A stretch of 64,000 bases of DNA from Euglena gracilis. Its lineage: Eukaryota. Location of the stretch: positions 31,768,012 through 31,832,011 of the forward strand of contig CP154954.1 of NCBI GenBank assembly GCA_039621445.1. Reading direction: 5' to 3'. The notes beneath the pieces are model-generated. The model had not been told where the DNA came from. It did not search any database and saw only the letters and a program-made list of their open reading frames with translations. The position numbers were made by a program, and so were the translations under genes. Shown here in pieces: positions 1 through 64,000 of this stretch (its first letter is position 1; each line of letters opens with the position of its first letter).

Positions 1-381
1 AAAACCCTCCGCCACTTGTAACACACCCCTTCAAGTCCACCAAACGAAATCGGATCCAACAATCCCTCCTGGGGTTGTAAGCGGTCACAGTAATTGGGAA
101 CCCTGTTCCCGACAAATTTTTGCCTTGATTCTGTCATTGGGGATATTTGGTGTCTTTGGGTCATTTCGGGCGGTGAGACCCATTGGTGGGGCTTATCAGT
201 GGGGCGATTGGGGAATGGAGAGAAGAAAATAGCGTGGGAAACATCACAAGCTTCCAGCAGCATCAGAAAAAAAAAACACCCCCTTCAATCTCTTTGAAAA
301 CAGCCCATCCACCGGGGGTTCAGAGAGTCCAAACGACTCCACAGGAACACAACTTCCCAACCCCCAAAAGCAACCCCGGAC

Positions 382-46770
<46,389 letters not shown>

Positions 46771-46896
46771 GGCGGTTAGGGGAAAGTGGGGGGGGGGAGG
46801 CTGGCCAGGTGGCAGCAAAGCTCGCCAGCTAGGGGAGCCAGGCAGGCGGTGGAGCGAGCGCCAATACGGGGTGGGAGGGATGGCGGCCGAATACAA

Positions 46897-46943
46897 CTGT
46901 TCGGCGGGCGAAAAGGGTGCCAAGAGGTGCACAGAGAGGGATA

Positions 46944-46944
<1 letters not shown>
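46897..46944 (-). promoter_or_regulatory. Candidate spliced-leader trans-splice acceptor / pyrimidine tract ahead of a putative ATG at 46770
   Basis: CTATCCCTCTCTGTGCACCTCTT...CCCTTTTCGCCCGCCGAACAG| followed about 125 nt later by ACCGCCATG. Confidence 0.35.

Positions 46945-47028
<84 letters not shown>
46944..47028. repeat. (CA)n(TA)n microsatellite in the intergenic spacer
   Basis: Seen directly. Confidence 0.95.
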
Positions 47029-47073
47029 CATACCACACAGCGGGGGAAAGATTTTGGGGGTCTCGCGAGTCAG

Positions 47074-47764
47074 TCACAAGTCGCCGTTGACCAGCGTATT
47101 GTACAGCCGGCGGGCTCGGCCGGGCCGCCGCACGACGGGCTCGAGGCTGGGCGTCGCCACTGCAGATTGGAGATGGGCCAAAGGGGGGGGGAGTGGAGGG
47201 GAGGGGGCCGCCTTCCCTTTCCTTCAGTCCGGGCAAGCTGCGTCACCGCGAATCCGGGAAAGCGCAACAAGAGTTGAAATTGGACTTTGCAAATTGGGGT
47301 TCCGCATCCTGGTCCACCCCTTCAGTGCCAACATGGCCCCTGCAACCCACGTCAGCTTCCTTGGGGGAAGCCACCAAAGCGACAGCTCCGACTGCTGTCA
47401 CCCTGATGACGACCGACACCTTTCGAGAGTTTCCCGCGAGCGGTGGAATGACCCGCCCTCAGAGTCTCCGGGAGGAGCTGTCGAAGTGGGGGGAGGACGG
47501 CAGGCCCCTCGGGCCCAGGCGGGGAGGGGCACTGGCGGGCCGGCCCGGGCCCGGAGGCCGGTGGGCGCTGCCGCCGCCGCCGCCGCCAGGAGGGCCGCGG
47601 CGCAGGGCGGCGGAATGGCCGGGCGATGGGACGGCGGCGGCGGCCGGGGGGTCGGCAAAGCGGGGGTGGGGCCGCTCCCAGGGCGCCGGGGAGGGAGGTG
47701 TCCCGGCGCGGGCGAGCTGCTGCAGCGTCGCCGCGTCGGAGGCACAGCAAGGCTCTGGAATTGG

Positions 47765-47860
<96 letters not shown>

Positions 47861-50800
47861 CTGTGTGCCTGTGTGTGCCTGTGTCTGTGTGTGTGTGCAG
47901 GTGCTGTGCGCGCGTGTGAATGCTTTGGGTGGGTCAGCTTGAACCCTCACACTCTGGGTTTGGGTGCGCCATCGGATACAGAGGCCTTTTAGGACCCAGG
48001 TGGAAAGCACCCACCCACCCACCCACCCACTCACCCCAACAGAAAGCCCCCCATGGGGGAATGGCTTCCACCCACCTGGTCACCAACCTTATAAAAGCCC
48101 ACGTATAGACATCAGCAAACAACCACGATATGTGCCACATGGGCATACATTCACTTCGTGCCGGGGACATTTCTTTCCTGGGGCCAAACCCATGTGCTTT
48201 TCTTTTTGAAAATTCACCCACACATGCCCCCCCCCCCGGGACCCATCCACACACCCAAACTAACCCAGAATTGGCCGAAAACCCTGGAAAAGATTTCCCG
48301 GTGTGGCTTTTCCATCGTACACCTTCCCGGGGGGGGGGGGGCGGTCCAGTAGCCCCAACCAACCCACCCACTCTCAACCCCCCCCTCTGTTCACATGGGT
48401 CTGGATAGCGCGAGCCATCTGCCGTGGGCAGGGATGGACTGGCTGAGAGCGGGCTTCGACGTCCTGAAGGGTGCAGAAGACATCGCCCCCCCCCCCCCCC
48501 GTTCACTGCCGCACAAGGCTTGTCTGAGGACCGCAGAAGCAGATGCGTTGGCGAACAGAAAGCGAAAGCTTTTGACTGGCTATTTGGAAGTCTCCCACGG
48601 TACTTTGACCCCCCCCGACAAGTTCCTGGGACCATGAGGTGGAAACACGGAACTGTGGCAAAAGAAAACCCTTACGGCGCTCACAGAGTTAACAAGACAA
48701 TTTAAACGGAAAACTGCGTCCGAAAAAAAGGAAAAAGGGGCGGTGGGAGCTCTACTCCGCCCCCATTGTGTGTTGTGGGATTCCTGTTAAGCTGTCCCCC
48801 AACGGGGGATCGAGCCCAGAACCCCTGGATTATATGGAATAAACAAGCGAAACAGCGGGAACAAACAACAGAATGCGTTGCACGCCAGCTGGAAAATCCA
48901 CAGAGCAGCAGAACTGTCGGAAGGCCAACGGCAACCGTGCGGCAAACACCTGCGCCCGGAGCTGAGGCGGGCGGCCGACGAAGCGCTGCCCACGCACACC
49001 GCGGCCAGGCTGGCCAGCGGCGAAGCTCGGTCCGGGTCTGTGGTGGGGCTGTCTCCGGGGACGGCTGCCGACGTTGGCCGAACACTGCAGGTCATTGCGG
49101 CTACCGTGACTGTGTTGTGCTGTGTGCGCTGTGTGCGCGCATGTGCGTGTGGGCCCACTTTTGGGGGTCATAATGGGGGGGGTATGATGGAGTTTTCGAA
49201 ATTTCCACCAAATTTGTATGCTTTGGGAGAAATTTGCTGAAAAAGTTCTTCAGCCCCAACAGCCCAAGAGGACCCACAAGGCCCTTGGGGGCTCAGGAGA
49301 GGGGGGGAAAGAGGTGGGGGACACTTCTGAAAATCCTTGCAACCAACCTGCCCAGAAAAACGAAAAAAAATCTGCTGAACTTTTTGTCCGGGTTGGCCTT
49401 GAAGCCTGGACCTGAACCCCATTCCCCGAGGGAGGGTGGGTCAAATGGCCCCTCCACCCACTCCCTCTCAGTCGCCACCTCCCGGGGGAGGGATAGGTCA
49501 CATCCCCTCCCTCAGGGTCTGTGGTCGGGGAGGTTCAGACCCGCCGGGCTCGGGAGCAGTTTCCTTCCAAACCAAACCGCCGCGTGCCAGAACGCGGGGC
49601 TGGGACCATCCGTCTGGGGTCGGCATCAGCCACCCCCCCCCCCCCCCGGCCGGCCTGGCCCCGACCGCCGATGGCGAGGCCCAGCATGGCGTGCAGCTCG
49701 TCCAGCAGGTAGTCCGGCTTGGCGGGGGAGTCGGAGCGGGGCGGGGGCCGGGCGGCGGCGTGGGGGTGCTGCTGCCGCATCTGTTGGCGGGCCGGGTTGG
49801 GTATTAAGAGAAGGGGGGAGGGGGGAGGGGGAAGGGGGGGGGGCGTACCCCCCTTCCCGCCTGGGTAAAAAAAAAACAGCGGCGCGAAGCGCGGAGAATT
49901 TTTTGAGGGGCTTCAAAAAGTGCACGAAGTTGCTTTTCCAGGCGATTCCCCCCAATTTGGCAAAAAAAACAGATGATAAAATATAAGTCTGCCAGCAGGA
50001 AGCGCCTGGAAAAAAGTTCCCGGACCCCCCCCCCTCCTCGGCCTGGGGGAGCGGGGGGGGGGGTGGTGGTCTGGACCCCCCTGGGCGGGGGGGAGGGTGG
50101 TTAGACGTTTCCCCTCCTTTCCCCCTGTACAAAACCAACGCTCACTTGATACCCAGGGGCTGGGCTGGGCGGGGGCGAGGGTTAAGTTATGGCGTGCTGC
50201 CCCTCCCCTCCCCTCCCCTCCCCGGGAAGCTGTCAGCAGACCGGTCCGCCGCACAGGCACCCTGAAAGTTCCAATAATGAAAATCCCCCCCATTTAAATT
50301 CGCAGTGTCCAAGGGTGCACAGTGTCCATATAATATGCCACACCCCTGAGCATCCGAAAGTGAAGTCCAAAAAAAAAGCGCGCACCCCCCCAGAAGAGCC
50401 ACGTTACACTGAACCAATTTCCGCTTGTGCCCAAATAAATGCACCGGGAGGGATTTAGGTACTTGAGTAGCCTGCTGCCCAAAATTGCCCTTCGGGGTCC
50501 CATCTGCTGGGTATCCGAACCGGTACAACTTGTGGTCCGGCTCGACACAGCCCATCTGTCAGCGGCCGCATCCCAGGGCGTGCCAGACTGTGCCGAGACG
50601 AGTGGAACCGGGCGGTATGAGCCGAAAACAATTGGTCCTCCCGGCGTGGGCCGTCCCTCCGTGTGCCGCCTCCGCGGTGGCCACACCTGCTCCAGGCGCT
50701 GCTCGAAGGCGAAGGGCCGGCTGAACTGCCACAGCAGGTACTGCCGCGCGCCGTCCTCCGCCGACTGCAGCCGCTCCCGGCGCTGCGCCTCCGCCGCTGC

Positions 50801-51761
50801 CCGCCGGCCCCCCGGGGCGGCGCGGGGGTGGTCGCCCCCCGGACGCCAGGTTGCCGTGTGCCACCCCCAGGGAGGGGAGGTGTGTTCTGCTCAGAGAGTT
50901 CACTGAGTGACCCCGGGGGGAGGCCTTTTCCCCGGGCCCAAACCCACCCCCCCCCCACTTTCTTCGAAAACCCACCCACCCACGACCCCTCCCCCGGGGT
51001 CAGCCGCCCACCCAAAATCCAACAAAAAAGTGACCAGAAATCCTTGCAAATAATTTTTCCTGCCCGGCCAAGCCAAAATCTGACCCATGGTGCACCCCGG
51101 GGTCCAGTGGCCCCCACCCACCAACCCACTCTCAACCCCCCCCCCCCCCCTGGGAGACGAGGTCACTCACACAGGAGTTAAATGAATGTACGTTTCTGCT
51201 ACAGGCAACGCGGGCCTTCCACCACACCCCGGGTTGGTTTTGGGTTTGGGTTTGGGCTGGGTGGGAACCAACCTAAATTTCCTTGGACAATTTTCAATAC
51301 ATTTTTGCAGTCTGTGTTTTTTTTTTGCTCAAATCCCACCAATCTCCGCAAAATTTCAGCTGGGAATTTTTGTGCGCAAAAACATGCCCAAATGCTCAAA
51401 ACTCTCAGGGGTTTTTTCGTTCCATGCTGCCTGTGTGGGCGGCGCCCATTGGCACTCCCTGAGGAGGGGATTTATGGTTGCAAAGTCAAATGGTGGCGTT
51501 TTATTTTTGAGGGGACTTTTTATTTATATTTATCGGGGGAGGGCAAAATTCTGGTCACATCGTCCGTCGCAGGAAAACTTGCTGCTCATTGTGCCCTTGC
51601 TCAGTGTGCCACGAACCTCCCGTCAAGCCCTCACCTGGCGTTGGGGGGCCGGGGCGAGAGGGCCCGGGCGTTGGTGTAGCCCAGCACCGTGGGCCGCTTC
51701 TGCCAGCTGGCCTCCCCCCCGTACCGCTCCACGGCGGCGGCCACCGGCGCTGCGGGGGTGT

Positions 51762-51806
<45 letters not shown>

Positions 51807-53693
51807 GGGGGGCGGTGGGGGAGGGGGGGGGTGGGGGTGGGGGGGGGGGGGGGGGGGGGGGGGGGGAGGAGCTGGGGTGGGGGGGGGGGTGGCGGGGGCG
51901 TGGTGCCGGTGGTGGTTGGAAGGCGCGTTCTGGTTGTAGCTGACGTAAATAGGGAGTAATATATGTATATAATATATATAATAAAAATTTATAATATACA
52001 TATAATAATATACCCCCCCCCAATAAGTGCACGGGTGCGCGCATTTTAAAGACGTAATTTCGGACCCCGAGGGGTGTGCACTTATTAGGGCAGTGCGCAC
52101 TTTTTAGGACAAAGCCGAAAATACTCACATTTCCACCACTCTTTTTCAGTTTTCCCCCCATCTTGTGATTTCAAGCTACGAGTCAAGTGATTATGTGTCA
52201 AATTTGGGCTTGGACGATAGAAATGTTTGGTTTGAGAAAGACAATTCTGAGAATTGTGTGTGCTTTCTGACCTGAGATGTGACCGTGATTTCTCCTTGGG
52301 GGGGGGAGGGTGCGCACTTATTAGGGCACTGCGCACTTATTAGGGGGGTTTATATTATTTATTATATATAATAATACCATATAATAATAATATATATTTA
52401 TAATATATAGAAAATAATATTGTATTATTGTATAATAGTGTATTTATATGTATTATGTAATTATAGGGAGTCATTTATATTTTATTTATATAATAGGGGG
52501 TCATTTGTTTGACACATGTTTGCAATTTCTGATTTCCTGGCGGTGAACCGTTCCGTTCCTGCCCCGGAGGCATCGCTGGGCGGCACCCCCCTCCTTTGCT
52601 CACGCCTTTCGGCCACAGAGGATGGGGGTCCACACCAACTAACGCCGCCGCCGCCGCCTTCTGCCGCTTCAGCATCAGCTCCTTCTCCTTCCACGCCTGC
52701 AGGTCCCCGGCACACCCCTGCCCCCCCGGCACATCCCCTTCTTTGGGGGACGCCAGACCCCACCTGTTTGTGTGTTGTGGGGCGGGGGCACGACTTCCCG
52801 GCAGGGAATGGCACCGCCCGAGTGGACCACGTTGGGCGAAAAACCCCACGATTCGGAAAAAATGAAAAAAATCATTTTTTTAAAAAATAAAAAAATTTCG
52901 TTTTCAAAAAAAAAAGGAAATGAATGTGTTGGCCTGTGTTGCGGCCAAACCTCCATCAGCCTCAGGTGGGCCGATGCCGTCCAAGTCCCCCCTGCCCCCC
53001 TGCCTGCCCCCTGGCAGCGGGCGGGGCCCAGCACCACCTCGCAGTGCAGCTCCGCCAGCTGCAGGTCGCACGCCTGGAGGTGCTCCTCGAGCCGCTCCTG
53101 GCACCCCCGCCGCCACACTCCGCGGCGGAGCCCCTCCGGCCTTGGGGGTGGCGAAAGGCGGTGTGCAGATGATGGGGGGGGGGTGGGTGGGCAGGGTCCA
53201 TCCCAAGCTTCTTTTTTTAAGACACCGGGGGGTCTTACAATTTAAAAAAAAACTGGTCCAGGAGGACATGGGTCCAAGTCGACGGAAGCACGGTGGGTTG
53301 GGGACAGGGGCGACACCGGGATGTGTGGGAAGCCCCGAGGGGGGGGGTCCGGACCCCCCAGGAAACTGTCATACCCGAGAACCTGTCAGGGACCTGCCTG
53401 GGAAACTGTCAGGGTGTTCCTTCGCACTGGCCAACCTGTCAGTATAGGTAGTTGTCAGGATCCCCGGTACTGGCCAACCTGTCAGGTGACAGTTTCCCCG
53501 GGGGGAGGGGTAGGCACCTCAATGCCGGCGGGCTTCCCAAGCGTCCCCGGGCGACCTGGTGGAGGGGCCCCGGCCGGGGGTGGGCCACCGCGGCGTTGCG
53601 GGAGAGGGCGGCACGGTCCAGCACGTTGCGCCACACCGACTCCTCGATGAGCAGCAGCAGGTCCCGGCTGGAGGCCTCCGCGTCGCACAGCTC
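47074..53693 (-). CDS. 3' part of a second multi-exon gene, unknown helical/low-complexity protein. Exons about 53518-53693, 53010-53140, 52643-52710, 51635-51749, 50687-50800, 49666-49780, 48950-49048, 47533-47740 and terminal 47074-47159 (..ATPSLEPVVRRPGRARRLYNTLVNGDL*)
   Basis: GC3-rich frames (ELCDAEASSRDLLLLIEESVWRNVLD; CQERLEEHLQACDLQLAELHCE; ARQYLLWQFSRPFAFEQRLEQ; PDYLLDELHAMLG), mostly AG/GT bounded; TGA at 47074-47076; 5' part lies beyond the TACA array. Confidence 0.65.
47765..47896. repeat. (TG)n microsatellite
   Basis: Seen directly. Confidence 0.95.
50899..51187. mobile_element. Dispersed repeat family (other copies at about 24938-25252 and 48150-48400)
   Basis: Shared GGGCCCAAACC..CCCAAAATCC..TTGACCCATGG core; GTGACC/GGTCAC inverted ends. 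Confidence 0.55.
51762..51889. repeat. Poly-G tract (poly-C on the transcript, just before an acceptor)
   Basis: Seen directly. Confidence 0.9.
52013..52349. mobile_element. MITE family with GCGCACTTATTAGGG repeats; second copy at about 21378-21722
   Basis: Inverted ends CCCCC.AATAAGTGC / GCACTTATTAGGGGGG; the two copies are collinear. Confidence 0.7.
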
Positions 53694-53798
53694 CTGTGAA
53701 CCCCCCGGCGCACAGGGGTCCTGGGTCGGGGGGGGGGTCAGGAGGGCCACATGGCGCAGCACGCGTCCCACCCACCCACCCACACACCCTAACCCTAA

Positions 53799-56700
53799 TA
53801 CGTACATACATACATACATACATACATACATGCATACATACATACATACATACATGCATACATGCATACATACATACATGCATACATACATACATACATG
53901 CATACATACATACATGCATACATACATACATACATACATACATGCATACATACATACATACATACATACATACATACATACATACATACATACATACATA
54001 CATACATACATACATACATACATACATACATACATACATACATACATACATACATACATACATACATACATACATACATACATACATACATACATACATA
54101 CATACATACGTACATACATACGTACATACATGTATACATACATACATACATACCTACATACATACATACATACATACATGCATACATACATACATACATA
54201 CATACATACATACATACATACATACATACATACATACATACATACATACATACATACATACATACATGCATACATGCATACATACATGCATACATACATA
54301 CATACATACATACATACATACATACATACATACATACATACATACATACATACATACATACATACATACATACATACATACATACATACATACATACATA
54401 CATACATGCATACATGCATACATACGTACATACATACGTACATACATACATGCATACATACATACATGCATACATACATGCATACATACATACATACATG
54501 CATACATACATACATACGTACAAACATACATGCATACATACATACATACATACGTACATACATGCATACATACGTGCATACATGCATACATACATACATA
54601 CATACATACATACATACATACATACATACATACATACATACATACATACATACATACATACATACATACATACATACATGCATACATGCATACATACATA
54701 CATACATACATACATACATGCATACATACATACATACATACATACATACATACATACATACATACATACATACATACATACATACATACGTACATACATA
54801 CATACATACATACATACATACATACATACATGCATACATGCATACATACATACATACATACATACATACATACATGCATACATACATACATACATACATA
54901 CGTACATACATACATACATACATACATGCATACATACATACATACATACATACATACATACATACATACATACATACATACATACATACATACATACATA
55001 CATACATACATACATACATACATACATACATACATACATACATACATACATAATACATACATACATACATACATACATACATACATACATACATACATAC
55101 ATACATACATACATACATACATACATACATACATACATACATACATACATACATACATACATACTACATACATACATACATACATACATACATACATACG
55201 TACATACATACATACATACATGCATACATACATACATACATACATACATACATACATACATACATACATACATACATACATACATACATACATACATACA
55301 TACATACATACATACATACATACATACATACGTACATACATACATGCATACATACATACATGCATACATACATACATACATACATACATACATACATACA
55401 TACATACATACATACATACATACATACATGCATACATACATACATACATACGTACATACATGCATACATACATGCATACATGCATACCTGCATACATACA
55501 TACATACATACATACATGCATACATGCATACATACATACATACATACATACATGCATACATACATACATACATACATACATACATACATACATACATACA
55601 TACATACATACATACATACATACATACATACATACATACGTACATACATACATACATACATACATACATACATGCATACATACATACATACATACATACA
55701 TACGTACATACATACATGCATACATACATACATGCATACATACATACATGCATACATACATACATACATGCATACATACATACATACATACATACATACA
55801 TACATGCATACATACATACATACATACGTACATACATGCATACATACATACATACATACATACATACATACATACATACATACATACATACATACATACA
55901 TACATACATACATACATACATACATGCATACATGCATACATACATACATACATACATACATACGTACATACATGCATACATACATACATACATACATACA
56001 TACATGCATACATACATACATACATACGTACATACATACATGCATACATACATACATGCATACATACATACATGCATACATACATGCATACATACATACA
56101 TACATACGTACATACATGCATACATACATGCATACATGCATACATACATACATACATACATACATACATGCATACATGCATACATACATACATACATACA
56201 TGCATACATACATACATACATACATACATACATACATACATACATACATACATACATACATACATACATACATACATGCATACATACATACATACATACA
56301 TACATGCATACATGCATACATACATACATACATACATACATACATACATACATGCATACATACATACATACATACGTACATACATACATACATACATACA
56401 TGCATACATACATACATACATACATACATACATACATGCATACATACATACATACATACATACATACATACATACATACATACATACATACATACATACA
56501 TACATACATACATACATACATACATACATACATACATACATACATACATACATACATACATACATACATACATACATACATACATACATACATGCATACA
56601 TGCATACATACATACATACATACATACATACATCATACATACATGCATACATACATACATACATACATACATACATACATACATACATACATACATACAT

Positions 56701-58011
56701 ACATACATACATACATACATACGTACATACATACATACATGCATACATACATACATACATACATGCATACATGCATACATACATACATACATACATACAT
56801 ACATACATGCATACATACATACATACATACGTACATACATACATACATACATACATGCATACATACATACATACATACATACATACATGCATACATACAT
56901 ACATACATACATACATACGTACATACATACATACATACATACATACATACATACATACATACATACATACATACATACATACATACATACATACATACAT
57001 ACATACATACATACATACATACATACATACATACATACATACATACATGCATACATACATACATGCATACATACATACATACATGCATACATACATACAT
57101 ACATGCATACATACATGCATACATACATACATACGTACATACATACATACATACATACATACATACATACATACATGCATACATACATACATACATACAT
57201 GCATACATGCATACATGCATACATACATACATACATACATACATGCATGCATACATACATACATACATACATACATGCATACATACATACATACATACAT
57301 ACATACATACATACATACATGCATACATACATACATACATACATACATGCATACATACATACATACATACGTACATACATACATACATGCATACATACAT
57401 ACATACATACATACATACATACATACATACATACATACATACATACATACATACATACATACATACATACATACATACATACATACATACATACATACAT
57501 ACATACATACATACATACATACATACATACATACATACATACGTACGTACATACATACATACATACATACATACATACATACATACATACATACATACAT
57601 ACATACATACATACATACATACATACATACGTACATACATACATGCATACATACATACATGCATACATACATACATGCATACATACATACATACATGCAT
57701 ACATACATACATACATACATACATACATACATACATACATACATACATACATGCATACATACATACATACATACATACATACATACATACATACATACAT
57801 ACATACATACATACATACATACATACATACGTACATACATACATACATACATACATACATACATACATGCATACATACATACATACATACATACATACAT
57901 ACATACATGCATACATACATACATACATACGTACATACATACATACATACATACATGCATACATACATACATACATACATACATACATACATACATACAT
58001 ACATACATACG

Positions 58012-58045
<34 letters not shown>

Positions 58046-59703
58046 CATACATACATACATACATACATACATACATACATACATACATACATACATACAT
58101 ACATACATACGTACATACATGCATACATACATACATACATACATACATACATACATACATACATACGTACATACATACATGCATACATACATACATACAT
58201 ACATACATACGTACATACATACATGCATACATACATACATACATACATACATACATACATACATACATACATACATACATACATACATACATACATACAT
58301 GCATACATACATACATACATACGTACATACATGCATACATACATACATACATACATACATACATACATACATACATACATACATACATACATACATACAT
58401 ACATACATACATACATACATACATACATGCATACATACATACATACATACATACATACATACATACATACATACATACATACATACATACATACATACAT
58501 ACATACATACATACATACATACATACATACATACATACATACATACATACATACATACGTACATACATACATACATGCATACATACATACATACATACAT
58601 GCATACATGCATACATACATACATACATACATACATACATACATACATACATACATACATACGTACATACATACATACATACATACATGCATACATACAT
58701 ACATACATACATACATACATACATGCATACATACATACATACATACATACATACATACATACATACATACATACATACATACATACATACATACATACAT
58801 ACATACATACATACATACATACATACATACATACGTACATACATACATACATACATACATACATACATACATACATACATACATACATGCATACATACAT
58901 ACATGCATACATACATACATACATGCATACATACATACATACATACATACGTACATACATACATGCATACATACATACATACGTACATACATACATACAC
59001 ACATACATACATACATACATACATACATGCATACATACATACATACATACATGCATACATGCATACATGCATACATACATACATACATACATACATACAT
59101 GCATGCATACATACATACATACATACATACATACATACATACATACATACATGCATACATACGTACATACATACATACATGCATACATACATACATACAT
59201 ACATGCGTACATGCATACATACATACATACATACGTACATACATACATACATGCATACATACATACATACATACATACATACATGCATACATACATACAT
59301 ACATACATACATACATACATACATACATACATACATACATACATACATACATACATACATACATACATACATACATACATACATACATACATACATACAT
59401 ACATACATACATACATACATACATACATACATGCATACATACATACATACATACATACATACATACATACATGCATACATACATACATGCATACATACAT
59501 ACATACATACATACATACATACATACATACATACATACATACATACATACATACATACATACATGCATACATACATACATACATACATGCATACATACAT
59601 ACATACATACATACATACATACATACATACATACATACATACATGCATACATACATACATACATACATGCATACATGCATACATACATACATACATACAT
59701 ACA

Positions 59704-59735
<32 letters not shown>

Positions 59736-59844
59736 CATACATACATACATACATACATGCATACATACATACATACATACATACATACATACATACATAC
59801 ATACATACATACATACATACATACATACATACATACATCATACA

Positions 59845-59875
<31 letters not shown>

Positions 59876-62800
59876 CATACATACATACATACATACATAC
59901 ATACATACATGCATACATACATACATCCATACATGCATACATGCATACATACATACATACATACATACATACATACATGCATACATACATACATACATAC
60001 ATACATACATACATACATACATACATGCATACATACATACATACATACATACATACATACATACATACATACATACATACATACATACATACATACATAC
60101 ATACATACATACACACATACATACATACATACATACATACATGCATACATACATACATACATACATACATGCGTACATGCATACATACATACATACATAC
60201 ATACATACATACATGCATACATACATACATGCATACATACATACATACATGCATACATACATACATACATGCATACATACATGCATACATACATACATAC
60301 GTACATACATACATACACACATACATACATACATACATACATACATGCATACATACATACATACATACATACATACATGCATACATGCATACATACATAC
60401 ATACATACATACATACATACATGCATACATACATACATACATACATACATACATACATACATACATACATACATACATACATACATACATACATACATAC
60501 ATACATACATACATACATACATACATACATACATACATACATACATACATGCATACATACATACATACATACATACGTACATACATACATACATACATAC
60601 ATGCATACATACATACATACATACATACATACATACATACATACATACATACATACATACATACATGCATACATGCATACATGCATACATACATACATAC
60701 ATACATACATACATACATACATACATACATACATACATACATACATACATACATACATACATACATACATACATACATACATACATACATACATACATAC
60801 ATACATACATACATACATACATACATGCATACATGCATACATGCATACATACATACATACATACATACATACATACATACATACATACATACATACATAC
60901 ATACATACATACATACATACATGCATACATACATACATACATACATACATACATACATACATACATGCATACATACATACATACATACATACATACATGC
61001 ATACATACATACATACATACATACACATACATACATACATACATACATACATACATACATACATACATACATACATACATACATACATACATACATACAT
61101 ACATACATACATACATACATACATGCATACATGCATACATACATACATACATACATACATACATACATACATACATACATACATACATACATACATACAT
61201 ACATACATGCATACATGCATACATACATACATACATACATACATACATACATACATACATACATACATACATACATACATACATGCATACATACGTACAT
61301 ACATACATACATACATACATACATACATACATGCATACATACATACATACATGCATACATGCATACATACATACATACATACATACATACATACATACAT
61401 ACATACATACATACATACATACATACATACATGCATACATACATACATACATATATACATACATACATACATACATACACATACATACATACATACATAC
61501 ATACATACATACATACATGCATACATGCATACATACATACATACATACATGCATACATGCATACATACATACATACATACATACATACATACATACATAC
61601 ATACATACATACATACATACATACATACATACATACATACATACATACATACATACATACATACATACATACATACATACATACATACATACATGCATAC
61701 ATACATACATACATACATACATACATACATACATACATACATACATACATACATACATACATGCATACATACATACATACGTACATACATACATACATAC
61801 ATACATACATACATACATACATACATACATACATACATACATACATACATACATACATACATACATACATACATACATACATGCATACATACATACATAC
61901 ATACGTACATACATGCATACATACATGCATACATGCATATATACGTACATACATACATACATACATACATGCATACATACATACATACATACATACATAC
62001 ATACATACATACATGCATACATGCATACATACATACATACATACATACATGCATACATACATACATACATACATACATACATACATACATACATACATAC
62101 ATACATACATACATACATGCATACATACATACATACATACATGCATACATGCATACATACATACATACATACATACATACATACATGCATACATACATAC
62201 ATACATACATACATACATACATACATACATACATGCATACATACATACATACATACATACATACATACATACATACATACATGCATACATACATACATAC
62301 ATACATACGTACATACATACATACATACATACATACATGCATACATACATACATACATACATACATACATACATACATACATACATACATACATACATAC
62401 ATACATACATACATACATACATACGTACATACATACATACATACATACGTACATACATACATACATACATACATACATACATACATACATACATACATAC
62501 ATACATACATACATACATACATACATACATACATACATACATACATACATACATACATACATACATACATACATACGTACATACATACATGCATACATAC
62601 ATACATGCATACATACATACATACATGCATACATACATACATACATACATACATACGTACATACATACATGCATACATACATACATGCATACATACATAC
62701 ATACATACATGCAATACATACATGAAACATACATACATGCATACAATACATACATACATACATACATACATACATACATGCAATACATAATACATACATA

Positions 62801-64000
62801 CATACATATGCATACATGCATACATGCATACATACACATACAATACATACATACATACAATACATACATACATACAATACATGCATACATGCATACATAC
62901 ATACATACATACATGCACACATACATACGTACATACATACTACATACATACATACAATACAATGACATACAACATACAGACATACATACTGCATACATAC
63001 AACATACATACATACATACAGACAGACAATACAGACATACACATACAATGCATACATACATACAATGCATACATACATACATGCATACAGACATGCAATA
63101 CATGCATACTACATGCATACATACATACATGCGTACATGCATACAATGCAACATACATGCATACATGCATACATACATACATACATACATACATACATAC
63201 ATAAATGCATACACAATACATACAAATACATACATACAATGCATACAGACATACATACTACATGCATACATACACATACATACATACAATACATACATAC
63301 ATACATACATACATACATACATACATACATACATACATACATACCTACAATACATAATACATACATACATACATACATACATACATAAAACATACATAAA
63401 TACATACCTACATACATACATACAAAGACGTACATACATACATACATACAATGCACATACATACATGCATACATACATACATGCATACATACATACATAC
63501 GTACATACATCACATGCGTACATACATACATACATACATACATACATGCATACATACATACATACATACATACATGCATACATACATGCATACATGCATA
63601 CATACATACATACATACATACATACATACATACATACATACATACATACATACATACATACATACAAAAATACATACATACATACATACATACATACATA
63701 CATACATACATACATACATACATACATACATACATACATACATACATACATACATACATACATACATACATGCATACATACATGCATACATACATGCATA
63801 CATGCATACATACATACATACATACATACATACATACATACATACATACATACATACATACATACATACATACATGCATACATACATACATACATACATA
63901 CATACATACATACATACATACACATACATAGGCCACTACAGACATACATAAATACAAACATACTTACACACACACTCATACATACATACATACATACCTA
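53799..64000. repeat. (TACA)n satellite of more than 10 kb with TGCA/TACG variant units
   Basis: Seen directly; runs to the window end. Confidence 0.99.

Noticed and set aside
53787-53798. CCCTAACCCTAA telomere-like motif at the edge of the TACA array
   Set aside because: Only two units; too short to call
53439-63991. ORFs of 500-3000 aa (YIHT/MYVC repeats)
   Set aside because: Translation of a stop-free (TACA)n satellite, not genes

Overview
Eukaryotic nuclear DNA, most likely a euglenid (Euglena-like), judged from its intron architecture. There are two intron-rich genes on the minus strand. Gene 1 runs from about 46.8 kb to beyond base 1. It has more than 50 short exons and encodes a very large NO VEIN (NOV)/sacsin-related GHKL-ATPase protein (ELVQNGDD, GFTAKDMRALC, IGKKGIGFKS, TDRPEIHSNGF, YLPVRHIGLRFAVHADWELTSSRE). 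Gene 2 (53.7 to 47.07 kb) is the 3' end of an unidentified protein. Its introns and those of gene 1 are filled with MITEs and microsatellites, and a (TACA)n array of more than 10 kb runs off the right end. Intron types are mixed: GT-AG, one GC-AG, and at least 15 non-conventional euglenid-type introns with no GT-AG and a terminal stem starting at +4/-6. Main observation: several non-conventional introns are recognisable TIR-element insertions flanked by an 8-bp target-site duplication (TSD). Their splice points (3 nt before and 5 nt after the stem) remove the element plus exactly one TSD copy. Related CAG...CTG MITEs with perfect 8-bp TSDs sit free in neighbouring introns, which suggests a hAT-like MITE family acting as an intron generator. 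All exon calls are manual and need RNA-seq confirmation; homopolymer errors are likely.
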